Part shown: positions 18,724-26,249 of the stretch, in pieces
Position numbering within the stretch: the stretch's first letter is position 1
Layout: every line of letters begins with the position of its first letter
Origin: Candidatus Thorarchaeota archaeon
GTDB taxonomy: Archaea > Asgardarchaeota > Thorarchaeia > Thorarchaeales > Thorarchaeaceae
NCBI GenBank assembly: GCA_016933575.1
Contig: JAFGAR010000192.1
Location: 1 to 29,148, forward strand
Direction of reading: 5' to 3'
Length of the DNA stretch: 29,148 bases
The notes under the pieces: generated by a model
Database searches by the model: none
The model's input: only the letters and a program-made list of their open reading frames with translations
What the model was told of the DNA's origin: nothing
Made by a program: the position numbers and the translations under genes

Positions 18724-18865
18724 TAGGGAAATCCTAAGTATACAACCAGCAGTGAATGATTGCACAGGTAGAAAGGTGCGAGCTGTGTAGGACAACTCTG
18801 CAAGAGTCTGTTGGTTTATTTGCTGCTGTGTTACTCCGGGGTGACAAATAAAGAAAGTAGTAAGA

Positions 18866-18900
18866 GAAGAGGAACCGATGTTTTTCGGTTCCCACTCTTC
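18866..18900 (-). terminator. Hairpin terminator downstream of the larA-like gene
   Basis: GGAACCGA/TCGGTTCC 8-bp stem plus GAAGA/TCTTC, 2 nt from the stop at 18903. T-rich tail on the minus strand. Confidence 0.65.
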
Positions 18901-18902
18901 AA

Positions 18903-20285
18903 TTAATGAACTTGGTTCTTCACAGTAATCAGCAGACCAGGATCCTCAATGAGGTAAATCTTTGGATTTGGATTTTCCTTGAGGTGCCGTTTTACAAGGT
19001 CTCTGAGAATTCCTTGGACTTTGTTAGGATTCTCAACAGAACAGCCTTCCATTCTGTAGATCGAACGTAGCTCTTCAGGATCTAGAGTACTAATGACTTT
19101 AATATTTCCCTCTAGGACATCAAGAAGTATCCTGAAAAGGTCAGGTGGTTTCTGGTTACCAATCTTGAATGTCTTTTCGGAGCAGTAGGTCTCAATCACG
19201 AATTTAAGAGCATCTTGGACTTCGAGATCTTTTGCAGCCTCCATTGCTTCTTCATAAGCAGCGCTGCCAATACCATCCTCACAGGGAGCTAGAAGGACAA
19301 TCCACCCCTTCTTGTCATGTCGGATTGCATTCCATGCTGCATGAATTCCTTTACCAGCCTGATAGAGATTTACACCGAGTTCACCAACTGATACAAAGAC
19401 GAGGTCACCAGGTTCATCAACATCAACAACTCGCAATTTTCGTAGCAGTGGAGATGCAGCCTTATGGCATTCGATGATGTCACCAGCCTGTAGATAGACG
19501 ATCTTACCTTCGTTAACAATCGTATCAACACAGAAGATAGGAAGTTTCTCCTTCATCTTCATTGTGACTTCAATCATGTCCTCAATGACGGGATTTCCTT
19601 CGCAGTTGCCAAGACGACACTCATCTTGGAATCCTTTCTGGAGATCGAACATACGTGGATGATTAATTCGAATGGTTTCTCGACCAGATACACCGGGACA
19701 GAATAACTTGACAGTGCCAGCTTGTCCAGCAAAGTAATGATATTCACTATCGGATAACGGAATCAATAGACAAGAGGAAAGGACTTGGTCATCAATCAAG
19801 ATGGGAGTACCTCTGGAAGTAACACCCACTTTTGAATTGCCACTATCGCAGTTATGTGTAAGGACATTGTCACCCCAGTCCTTGTAAATCTCAGGTCCAA
19901 GGATTCGATCATTGAGTTCTTGTGGGCTAGCAATAGCATGCGAGCCACTTGAAACTATGATATTGATATCCTCCTTACGCACTCCAATCTTCAACAGACG
20001 AGCTGTAAGAAGTGGCAGGAGAATCTTGGTGTGGATATTGGGCCGTGTCTTGTCATCAATCATGAAGAGTATTCGTTTACCCTTACTATAGACCTCTTTC
20101 ACTAATTCATTGAACGGTTTCATACCGAGAGGCTTGTCAAGAACCTGATTGAGCTTGGTCTTGAGATCAGTAAAATCTGGAGTGTATTCATCAACTCGTA
20201 AGATGTGGACATCTTTCAAGTCTTTTGGGATGAACTCATCGATGACTTCATCGCCATATTTCAATGGAGTTCTGTGATAGCTCAT
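18903..20285 (-). CDS. larA: LarA-family nickel-pincer-dependent racemase/epimerase (DUF2088)
   Basis: DDKTRP, SGSH, HNC, HYFAGQAGTVK, INHP, LYQAGKG and APCEDGIG motifs. Substrate is not necessarily lactate. Confidence 0.85.
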   Translation of the reverse strand: MSYHRTPLKYGDEVIDEFIPKDLKDVHILRVDEYTPDFTDLKTKLNQVLDKPLGMKPFNELVKEVYSKGKRILFMIDDKTRPNIHTKILLPLLTARLLKIGVRKEDINIIVSSGSHAIASPQELNDRILGPEIYKDWGDNVLTHNCDSGNSKVGVTSRGTPILIDDQVLSSCLLIPLSDSEYHYFAGQAGTVKLFCPGVSGRETIRINHPRMFDLQKGFQDECRLGNCEGNPVIEDMIEVTMKMKEKLPIFCVDTIVNEGKIVYLQAGDIIECHKAASPLLRKLRVVDVDEPGDLVFVSVGELGVNLYQAGKGIHAAWNAIRHDKKGWIVLLAPCEDGIGSAAYEEAMEAAKDLEVQDALKFVIETYCSEKTFKIGNQKPPDLFRILLDVLEGNIKVISTLDPEELRSIYRMEGCSVENPNKVQGILRDLVKRHLKENPNPKIYLIEDPGLLITVKNQVH

Positions 20286-20380
20286 ATTCTTCCCTGCTTT
20301 CGAGATGAATAACAGGAATATGTAACGCTTGTGGTCGATACGAAAAGTGGGAAAAGTATTCCACCAGTTAGTGTGTACCT

Positions 20381-21289
20381 CTAATACTTAAGATGTCGCG
20401 ATGTGTTCACTGTATCTAATTCGAATTTTGTGACTATAGATTGTAATAGAGTTGACAGATCATCAAGGGAGGATCCCCATACACCGATAATCCAGTTGGG
20501 AGAAGATTTCAATAGTAAATGAAGAAAACCGCCTTCAGCCTTGAGATTCATTAGGTTAAGATACACAGTAATTACTACATACTCTGTATCTTCACAGAGA
20601 GGAGGAAGTTGTCCTTTCTTCTTTGAGAATTCATAATCTTTAATATCAAAATGGCGCGGTCCTCGTTGTCCCTCAAGAGCTTGAATCATACCATTCTTCA
20701 TTATTGACTCAACACTATTCAGATAGTGCACCACATGTTCTCTATATCGGAAGGTGAAAAGAATGATGCCAGCTGAATCACCTCCAAATCTACGTCTGGT
20801 ATTGAACTCAATCGAAACCTGTCTTCCGCTCCCACCTAATTTCCTTTGGCTTGGTTGTTCTCGTATTAACCATTTCTTAGGTTTTACAAGATCAATAAAA
20901 TTAGCAATCTCTGAATCTATGGCATCGAGAGAAATTGATTCAACTATATGAATCTCTTCCAGCTGTGATTCAATATTTGGCAGAATTTCCTCAAGATGTG
21001 ATAGCTCCTCACGCTTCATATCTAATAAGGATTGAAGAAGAATGTGAGGCCGATTTGGAAAGAAAAGCGTTCGTCCATCTTTCACTTCTGAGTAAATCAA
21101 AGATTTCTCAGCCATCGAATTAAGCAATTTGTAGATGTTTGGCCGCTTTTTCTGAGAATAGCCCTCAATCTGATGAATCTCTGACACAGATGCTGACTTG
21201 AGTCGTAATAATTGAATGTAGAGAAGTACTTCTTGATTAGAAAACCCCAACTGGCGAAGCTCTGAAAGAAGATCCATTTTGCTGACCAA
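20381..21289 (-). CDS. TrmB-family HTH transcriptional regulator with atypical C-terminal domain
   Basis: N-terminal LRQLGFSNQEVLLYIQLL...RPNIYKLLNSMAEKSLI winged HTH followed by a coiled coil. Confidence 0.8.
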   Translation of the reverse strand: MVSKMDLLSELRQLGFSNQEVLLYIQLLRLKSASVSEIHQIEGYSQKKRPNIYKLLNSMAEKSLIYSEVKDGRTLFFPNRPHILLQSLLDMKREELSHLEEILPNIESQLEEIHIVESISLDAIDSEIANFIDLVKPKKWLIREQPSQRKLGGSGRQVSIEFNTRRRFGGDSAGIILFTFRYREHVVHYLNSVESIMKNGMIQALEGQRGPRHFDIKDYEFSKKKGQLPPLCEDTEYVVITVYLNLMNLKAEGGFLHLLLKSSPNWIIGVWGSSLDDLSTLLQSIVTKFELDTVNTSRHLKY

Positions 21290-21329
21290 CCATTCTATTA
21301 ATCAAGTATTCATCCAGTTAAAATAAATG

Positions 21330-21349
21330 AGTATACATCGTAGTATACA
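21330..21349. promoter_or_regulatory. Candidate operator GTATAC-N6-GTATAC in a divergent promoter
   Basis: AGTATACA occurs twice at 12-bp spacing and is dyad-symmetric. It lies between the TrmB-like gene and the methyltransferase. Confidence 0.5.
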
Positions 21350-21409
21350 GACGACTTAACTAATCTCTCTACTTCTTCTACTTGTCAACCAGTTTGGAAC
21401 GTGAATACT

Positions 21410-22096
21410 ATGGTTAAACCAAGAATCCCCGAAGGGGAAGCAATCGTGGACTCAGAGGAGGTGACGATGGAACAATACTCCGAAAATGCAAGGAAAAGGG
21501 AAAGAATGTATCGAGGAGTAGTGAAACATCTTATAGGAAAAGTGGGAATTCCTCCCAATGCTCAAGTCTTGCAAATAGGACCAGGTCCGGATTGGATTGG
21601 AATCTGGTTGATTCAGGAGAGATCTGACATCAGTCTCACCGGGTTGGAACCATCACCAGATATGATACGTGTAGCAAAAGGTAACGCAATCGCAGAGGGA
21701 TTAGATGAGAGTAGAATAAGATATACAGTTGGAGTTGTCGAGAATCTCTCAATGTTTGAAGATGATTCATTCGATTTCATCTTTTCTAATGAGTCCCTTC
21801 ATCATTGGGTGAATCCTATCGCGGCGTTTTCAGAGATAAGGAGGGTGTTAAAACCATCAGGAAATCTCTGTCTACTTGATGATCATCGGGATCTTTCAAT
21901 AGCTGAAAAATTTGTCGTAGAGATATTTGGAAGAATAGTTGCGGGAAAATGGCACAGATGGTGGAAATCATCAATACAGGCATCCTATACAGTGAAGGAG
22001 ATTGAGGAGTATCTTCAAGAACTAGGTATTGATGAATGGAATGTTGATTCTGAGTTCCTGAGTCTTCGGATTCAGAAGATATCAACTAATCCTTAG
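21410..22096 (+). CDS. Class I SAM-dependent methyltransferase
   Basis: Motif I variant VLQIGPGPD, TGLEPSPDMI, DDSFDFIFSNESLHHW, RRVLKPSG. Confidence 0.9.
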   Translation: MVKPRIPEGEAIVDSEEVTMEQYSENARKRERMYRGVVKHLIGKVGIPPNAQVLQIGPGPDWIGIWLIQERSDISLTGLEPSPDMIRVAKGNAIAEGLDESRIRYTVGVVENLSMFEDDSFDFIFSNESLHHWVNPIAAFSEIRRVLKPSGNLCLLDDHRDLSIAEKFVVEIFGRIVAGKWHRWWKSSIQASYTVKEIEEYLQELGIDEWNVDSEFLSLRIQKISTNP

Positions 22097-22193
22097 CAAT
22101 TTCAGAGCAAGAACTTGATGGAATTTCCAAGTGTGGGCGTAAATGTAACATATGCAATTATGTAAAAAGTGCATTATATGCCCACGCGACATC

Positions 22194-22454
22194 ATGACGC
22201 CCAAAAAACAGAATGAGAAATTACCAATGAGTCAGAGATGCATCATTGCACTCTTTATGTTCATCTTTGCAGCCTTTGCTGGTTTGTTGGGACTTAATGC
22301 CCTTAGTCAAGTTGAATCAATGGATGTACCAGAGATATTCGCATACATTCCTCTTGGAATTGCATTCCTAGCTTTCTTGGTAGCAATTTGCATACTCGCA
22401 GGGATTTACACTCCGAAAAGAAGAGCTATGTATGTCACAACTGTCTATAGATAG
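22194..22454 (+). CDS. Small two-TM membrane protein (hypothetical)
   Basis: Two hydrophobic helices flanked by basic residues. Start placed at ATG 22194. Confidence 0.65.
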   Translation: MTPKKQNEKLPMSQRCIIALFMFIFAAFAGLLGLNALSQVESMDVPEIFAYIPLGIAFLAFLVAICILAGIYTPKRRAMYVTTVYR

Positions 22455-22553
22455 ATAACAGTGGTGTATTATAAGAGATCATCAATATTTGGTAGCTAAC
22501 ACATAGCTCATTGTTGAGATGTATCGTAAGATATAACCATTCGAAAAAATGCA

Positions 22554-22575
22554 AACGGGGCATTTCTACCCCGTT
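22554..22575 (-). terminator. Hairpin terminator of the MFS fragment
   Basis: AACGGGG/CCCCGTT stem 9 nt after the stop at 22585, followed by TGCATTTTTT on the minus strand. Confidence 0.55.
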
Positions 22576-22584
22576 ATAACAAGA

Positions 22585-23022
22585 TTAGTCGAACTGCGGC
22601 GCTTCTGGAAGAGGATGATCGGAGTCATCATCCACACCAACAGGCTTGTACCTTGTCACAATAATGTTACCGATAAGCAGTGCAATCAATAGGAACACCC
22701 AAGCAAACTGCCAACCAATCTGATAGGATGCAAATATTTGGACTAAAGCTGCAATCACAATTGCACCTATAGCAATCTGCCCCAGATTTGATAGGCTGTT
22801 GTAGAGATTGTACATAGTTCCACTGACAATTCTCGGTGAATGGTCCATGCTGATGCGCATCTGGGTTGCTTCAAATCCTCCGTTGGCAAATCCAACAAAG
22901 AAGAAGAATATTGAAGCAATCTCCACGACACTTAGATCGATAAACAAGACTATGAAAATTATCGCCGCATAGATGATAGTAGTGAATGGCAGCGTTGTCT
23001 TCACTGATATTCGATCCCCTAA
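22585..23022 (-). pseudogene. 5'-truncated MFS transporter (last ~4 TM helices only)
   Basis: Begins at a motif-A-like LGDRISVK; SMDHSPRIVSGTMYNLYNSLSNLG is an MFS TM10-11 pattern. Upstream of 23022 the frame loses membrane character and hits a stop near 23086. Confidence 0.75.
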
Positions 23023-23033
23023 GATCGAATATC
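23006..23033. repeat. Perfect 11-bp inverted repeat at the MFS truncation point
   Basis: GATATTCGATC-CCCTAA-GATCGAATATC. Confidence 0.9.
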
Positions 23034-23104
23034 GATATATAGTCTGGCAGACTTTTTGACTTCTATTTCTAATAATTAAAGAGTGTTAGAATTCTTTCTA
23101 TGTT

Positions 23105-23240
23105 GCCCCCGGAGGTCTTCTGTATATAGAGAAACTAAAGACGCCGGGATTGGAAGACCTCCAATTGGGCTAGCGCCCTTAACGGTTTCTGGGCGTTGTA
23201 GGGGTGTGAGCCATCGTGTGAGAAGGACTTACACACCTAA
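23105..23240. other. GC-rich multi-hairpin non-coding element (ncRNA or mobile-element remnant)
   Basis: GGAGGTCTTC/GAAGACCTCC 10-bp stem, GGGC-TAGC-GCCC, and a TAGGGGTGTGAG/CTTACACACCTA stem. Confidence 0.45.
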
Positions 23241-23452
23241 TGTTGATAATTCTCTTGTAATAGAGGTAGTGCAGATGAAATACTTGCAACATCTGATGAA
23301 AATGCATACATATGCAGCAATAGTGATTCCTGCTAGATAGCTCATAAGTAAGAGTAAACTACAAATAGATGGTATAATGCAACAGTGAAAATTTGCATTA
23401 ATTCTACAAAGGAGATATGAGATGTCACCGAAGAGAGATTCACTAGATTTCG

Positions 23453-23616
23453 ATGAGCAACATTCAGGTTGGAATGCAATATCTAACAGACTCAAGGAAG
23501 TCTGTGGAGATACTGAACCTTCACACTTTGGTGTTTTTTCCATCGTCTACAATGGGAAACTCGTCAGTTACACATATGAGAAAAATTCAAAGCTCGATGA
23601 ACTTCTTACGCTCTAG
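23453..23616 (+). pseudogene. Frameshifted remnant of a YoaP-like C-terminal domain (GNAT-YoaP protein)
   Basis: PSHFGVFSIVYNGKLVSYTY resembles the YoaP motif PspfgvFsi-YnGk. The preceding segment IQVGMQYLTDSRKSVEI is in another frame. Confidence 0.5.
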
Positions 23617-23637
23617 AAAATCGCCGTATCGAGAATC

Positions 23638-23676
23638 CTTATAAGTTCGTCAAATCTAAAACTTAGACGAGACTAA
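23638..23676 (+). promoter_or_regulatory. feo operon promoter: TATA-like box and DtxR-type operator
   Basis: CTTATAAG (23638-23645), then TTAG-ACGAGA-CTAA (23663-23676), which fits the DtxR/MntR TTAG-N6-CTAA dyad. Confidence 0.6.
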
Positions 23677-23728
23677 CTTGGTTATGGCGTCTGTCACACG
23701 CCAGTCCAACTGCCTTGGAGGCGTTCTC

Positions 23729-24115
23729 ATGGACGAAAAAGGGACTCGAACAGAATCTTCACGTACAAAATTATTGACTTCAGTCAATTCTGGTAGTATG
23801 TGTAAGTTGGTGGGAGTCTCTGAAGAACATTGGAAGCGTGGAGGATTTGGTAAACACAAACATAGAGGATGGGGAGAACGAAAACATGGACACCATTGGT
23901 TCAGACCAGGATTTCAAAAGAAGCATTTCTTTGATGAATCTGGTATCCTGAAACGACTAATGGATCTTGGGCTAACGAAAGGATGTTTCTTCAAGGTAGT
24001 TCAAGGAAGTCACATGGGTCCCGTACTTGTTGAGGTTCGTGGTACTAGAATCGCCCTTGGTCATGGTCTCGCTCGGAAATTGCTCGTTGAAGAGGTAGAA
24101 GGTGCGTCTCATTGA
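23729..24115 (+). CDS. feoA: Ferrous iron transport protein A with His/Lys/Arg-rich insertion
   Basis: KRLMDLGLTKG...GPVLVEVRGTRIALGHGLARKLLVE. GGAGG RBS before ATG 23729. Confidence 0.9.
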   Translation: MDEKGTRTESSRTKLLTSVNSGSMCKLVGVSEEHWKRGGFGKHKHRGWGERKHGHHWFRPGFQKKHFFDESGILKRLMDLGLTKGCFFKVVQGSHMGPVLVEVRGTRIALGHGLARKLLVEEVEGASH

Positions 24116-24933
24116 AGATACGTGTTGCATTGATTGGTAATCCAAATGTGGGTAAGTCTGTAATTTTTAACAGTCTTACAGGATTGAAGCAACATACGGG
24201 AAATTGGCCAGGCAAGACAGTTGAGAAGAAAGAGGGATACTATACTTTTGATGACTATGAATTCGAAGTTGTTGACCTTCCTGGTGTATACAGTCTGAGT
24301 GCAGTCTCTGAAGACGAGAGAGTCGCAAGACAGTTTATCGTGGACCACAGGCCTGATGTTGTTGTTGATATCTTGAATGCATCACAACTTGAAAGGAATC
24401 TGTACCTCACACTTCTTTTGATTGAATTACAGGTAAATCTTGTTGTTGTACTCAACATGTACGATGTGGTAAATGCACGAGGAGATAGGATCAATCTCGA
24501 AGCACTTTCTCAAAAACTCGGTGCTCCGGTGATTGCAACAACAGCTACAAAGAAAGAGGGTATAGAGGAACTAAAGGAAGCCATTGTCAGAGCAACACCA
24601 ATGCATGTCTTAGAGAACTCTAGAGCAGAATCAAAAATGCCTGCAAATGAGCATCTTCCAGGGGATATCAATGGCAATGATCATTTACACTACCACCCAC
24701 GATTCCATCACCATGGTGAATATGAACGATTGAGACCTCCAGCAATCAAATACGGTCCTGAGATTGAATCAAAATTAAAGGACATTGTATCCATCATAGA
24801 GCAGGACAAAGAACTTCTTGAACGTTTTCCACCCAGATGGTTAGCCTTGAGGCTTTTGGAGAGAGATACTGAGATTCTTGAATTAGTCATTGATCTGGAT
24901 TTGAAGAGAAGAGTCTTGGAGGTCACATTGTGA
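24112..24933 (+). CDS. feoB: FeoB N-terminal GTPase + helical domain (split gene, part 1)
   Basis: G1 GNPNVGKS, G2 NWPGKTVE, G3 DLPG, G4 NMYD, ERNLYLT, RWLALRLLE. Confidence 0.92.
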   Translation: MKIRVALIGNPNVGKSVIFNSLTGLKQHTGNWPGKTVEKKEGYYTFDDYEFEVVDLPGVYSLSAVSEDERVARQFIVDHRPDVVVDILNASQLERNLYLTLLLIELQVNLVVVLNMYDVVNARGDRINLEALSQKLGAPVIATTATKKEGIEELKEAIVRATPMHVLENSRAESKMPANEHLPGDINGNDHLHYHPRFHHHGEYERLRPPAIKYGPEIESKLKDIVSIIEQDKELLERFPPRWLALRLLERDTEILELVIDLDLKRRVLEVTL

Positions 24934-26249
24934 GAGAACCTCAGGACCTCGAAGAATCAATTGAAGAAGATGAAATTCAAAGTGATCCTCAACTTATTCT
25001 AGCTGATAAACGCTATGAAATCATAGGCAACATCCTATGCGAGACCTATGAGCCCGGACAGGCCAAGTGGATTCTAAGTGATATGCTAGATAGAGTTCTG
25101 CTTCACAAGTATCTTGGTCTGCCCATTTTCTTAGTCACAATGTGGGCAATGTTTCATTTCACATTTCAAATATCTCTTGTCTTTATGGAGATGATTACGC
25201 AGTTCTTTCTCTGGCTAGGAACCTACACATCTCAAATTCCAGTCCCATGGTTAGCATCACTACTCACAGATGGCATACTATCAGGAGTGGGTTTCATTCT
25301 CACTTTCGTACCGCCAATCTTCTTCCTGTATCTTGCAATATCAGTCTTAGAAGATACCGGGTATCTTTCTAGAGCCGCCTTTGTAATGGACCGTCTAATG
25401 ATGCGGATGGGTTTACATGGGAGGTCCTTCATCCCATTATTGCTGGGTTTTGGATGCAGTGTCGCTGCAGTAATGGCATCTAGAACAGTTGATGGAAGGT
25501 CCAATAGACTCACAACTCTTCTTGTTAGTCCCCTGATGTCATGTGCAGGAAGGTTACCAATATACATCTTGATAGCTGGAGTCTTCTTTCCATCGTATGC
25601 GGGAACTGTTGTATTCCTCATGTATCTTTTGGGAATAGTAATGGCTGTCATTGTGTCATTGATATTCAAGAGAGTTCTATTCAGAGAAGAGTCCTCGTCA
25701 TTATTGATGGAACTGTCTCAATACCAGATACCCACCGTTCATGGTTCATTCCGACACATGTGGGATCGAGGCTTGATTTTCCTGAAGACGGCCGGGACAT
25801 ATCTACTGATTGGCAGTATCATCATGTGGATTCTCTCTTCGTTCGGACCTGCAGGATATGGTGTTCCAATCGATGCTTCATTTGCAAGCTATCTAGGCAA
25901 ATTCATTCAACCATTGTTTACTCCATTAGGATTCAGCTGGCAAATTGTGACTGCTCTCATCTTTGGATTTATCGCAAAGGAAGCAGTTGTTCAGACATTA
26001 TCAATCATCTATGCTGTCGAAGGTATGGGCTCACTCACCACAGCTCTAGCTGCAAGCATTGCACCGATTAATGCAGTAGCTATGCTAGTATTTGTCTTAC
26101 TCTATGTTCCCTGCTTAGCCACAGTTGGAGCGATTCGAAAGGAAACGGGATCGTGGAAATGGACTGCTTTCTCAATCATGTATCAACTCATTCTAGCATA
26201 CCTTGTTGCTATGGGTGTAATCGTTATTGGAGGTCTCTTCCTTGCTTAG
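24930..26249 (+). CDS. feoB: FeoB membrane (Gate) domain (split gene, part 2)
   Basis: LEDTGYLSRAAF, SFIPLLLGFGC, MSCAGRLPIY, GFIAKEAVV, LLYVPCLAT. GTG start with GGAGGT RBS. Confidence 0.92.
   Translation: MREPQDLEESIEEDEIQSDPQLILADKRYEIIGNILCETYEPGQAKWILSDMLDRVLLHKYLGLPIFLVTMWAMFHFTFQISLVFMEMITQFFLWLGTYTSQIPVPWLASLLTDGILSGVGFILTFVPPIFFLYLAISVLEDTGYLSRAAFVMDRLMMRMGLHGRSFIPLLLGFGCSVAAVMASRTVDGRSNRLTTLLVSPLMSCAGRLPIYILIAGVFFPSYAGTVVFLMYLLGIVMAVIVSLIFKRVLFREESSSLLMELSQYQIPTVHGSFRHMWDRGLIFLKTAGTYLLIGSIIMWILSSFGPAGYGVPIDASFASYLGKFIQPLFTPLGFSWQIVTALIFGFIAKEAVVQTLSIIYAVEGMGSLTTALAASIAPINAVAMLVFVLLYVPCLATVGAIRKETGSWKWTAFSIMYQLILAYLVAMGVIVIGGLFLA

Noticed and set aside
17300-18746. AAGTATACAAC repeated at the start and just after the end of cysS (possible att or target duplication)
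   Set aside because: Many 11-bp matches are expected by chance in 29 kb, one copy is coding, and no integrase is present.
18744-18816. Hammerhead ribozyme reading of the three-way junction (GUC before the closing stem)
   Set aside because: The core deviates at essential positions: GUGAAUGA instead of CUGANGA and GACAA instead of GAAA.
23105-23125. CAGAAGACCT on the minus strand resembling the cobalamin riboswitch B12 box
   Set aside because: The other conserved riboswitch elements were not found in the right order.
23083-23543. ORFs 23083-23340 (+) and 23229-23543 (-)
   Set aside because: No recognisable motifs and atypical composition; they overlap the structured element and the pseudogene.
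24930-24933. Selenocysteine read-through of the TGA ending FeoB part 1 (and other TGA stops)
   Set aside because: The FeoB continuation is in a different frame, and read-through frames close quickly without homology.
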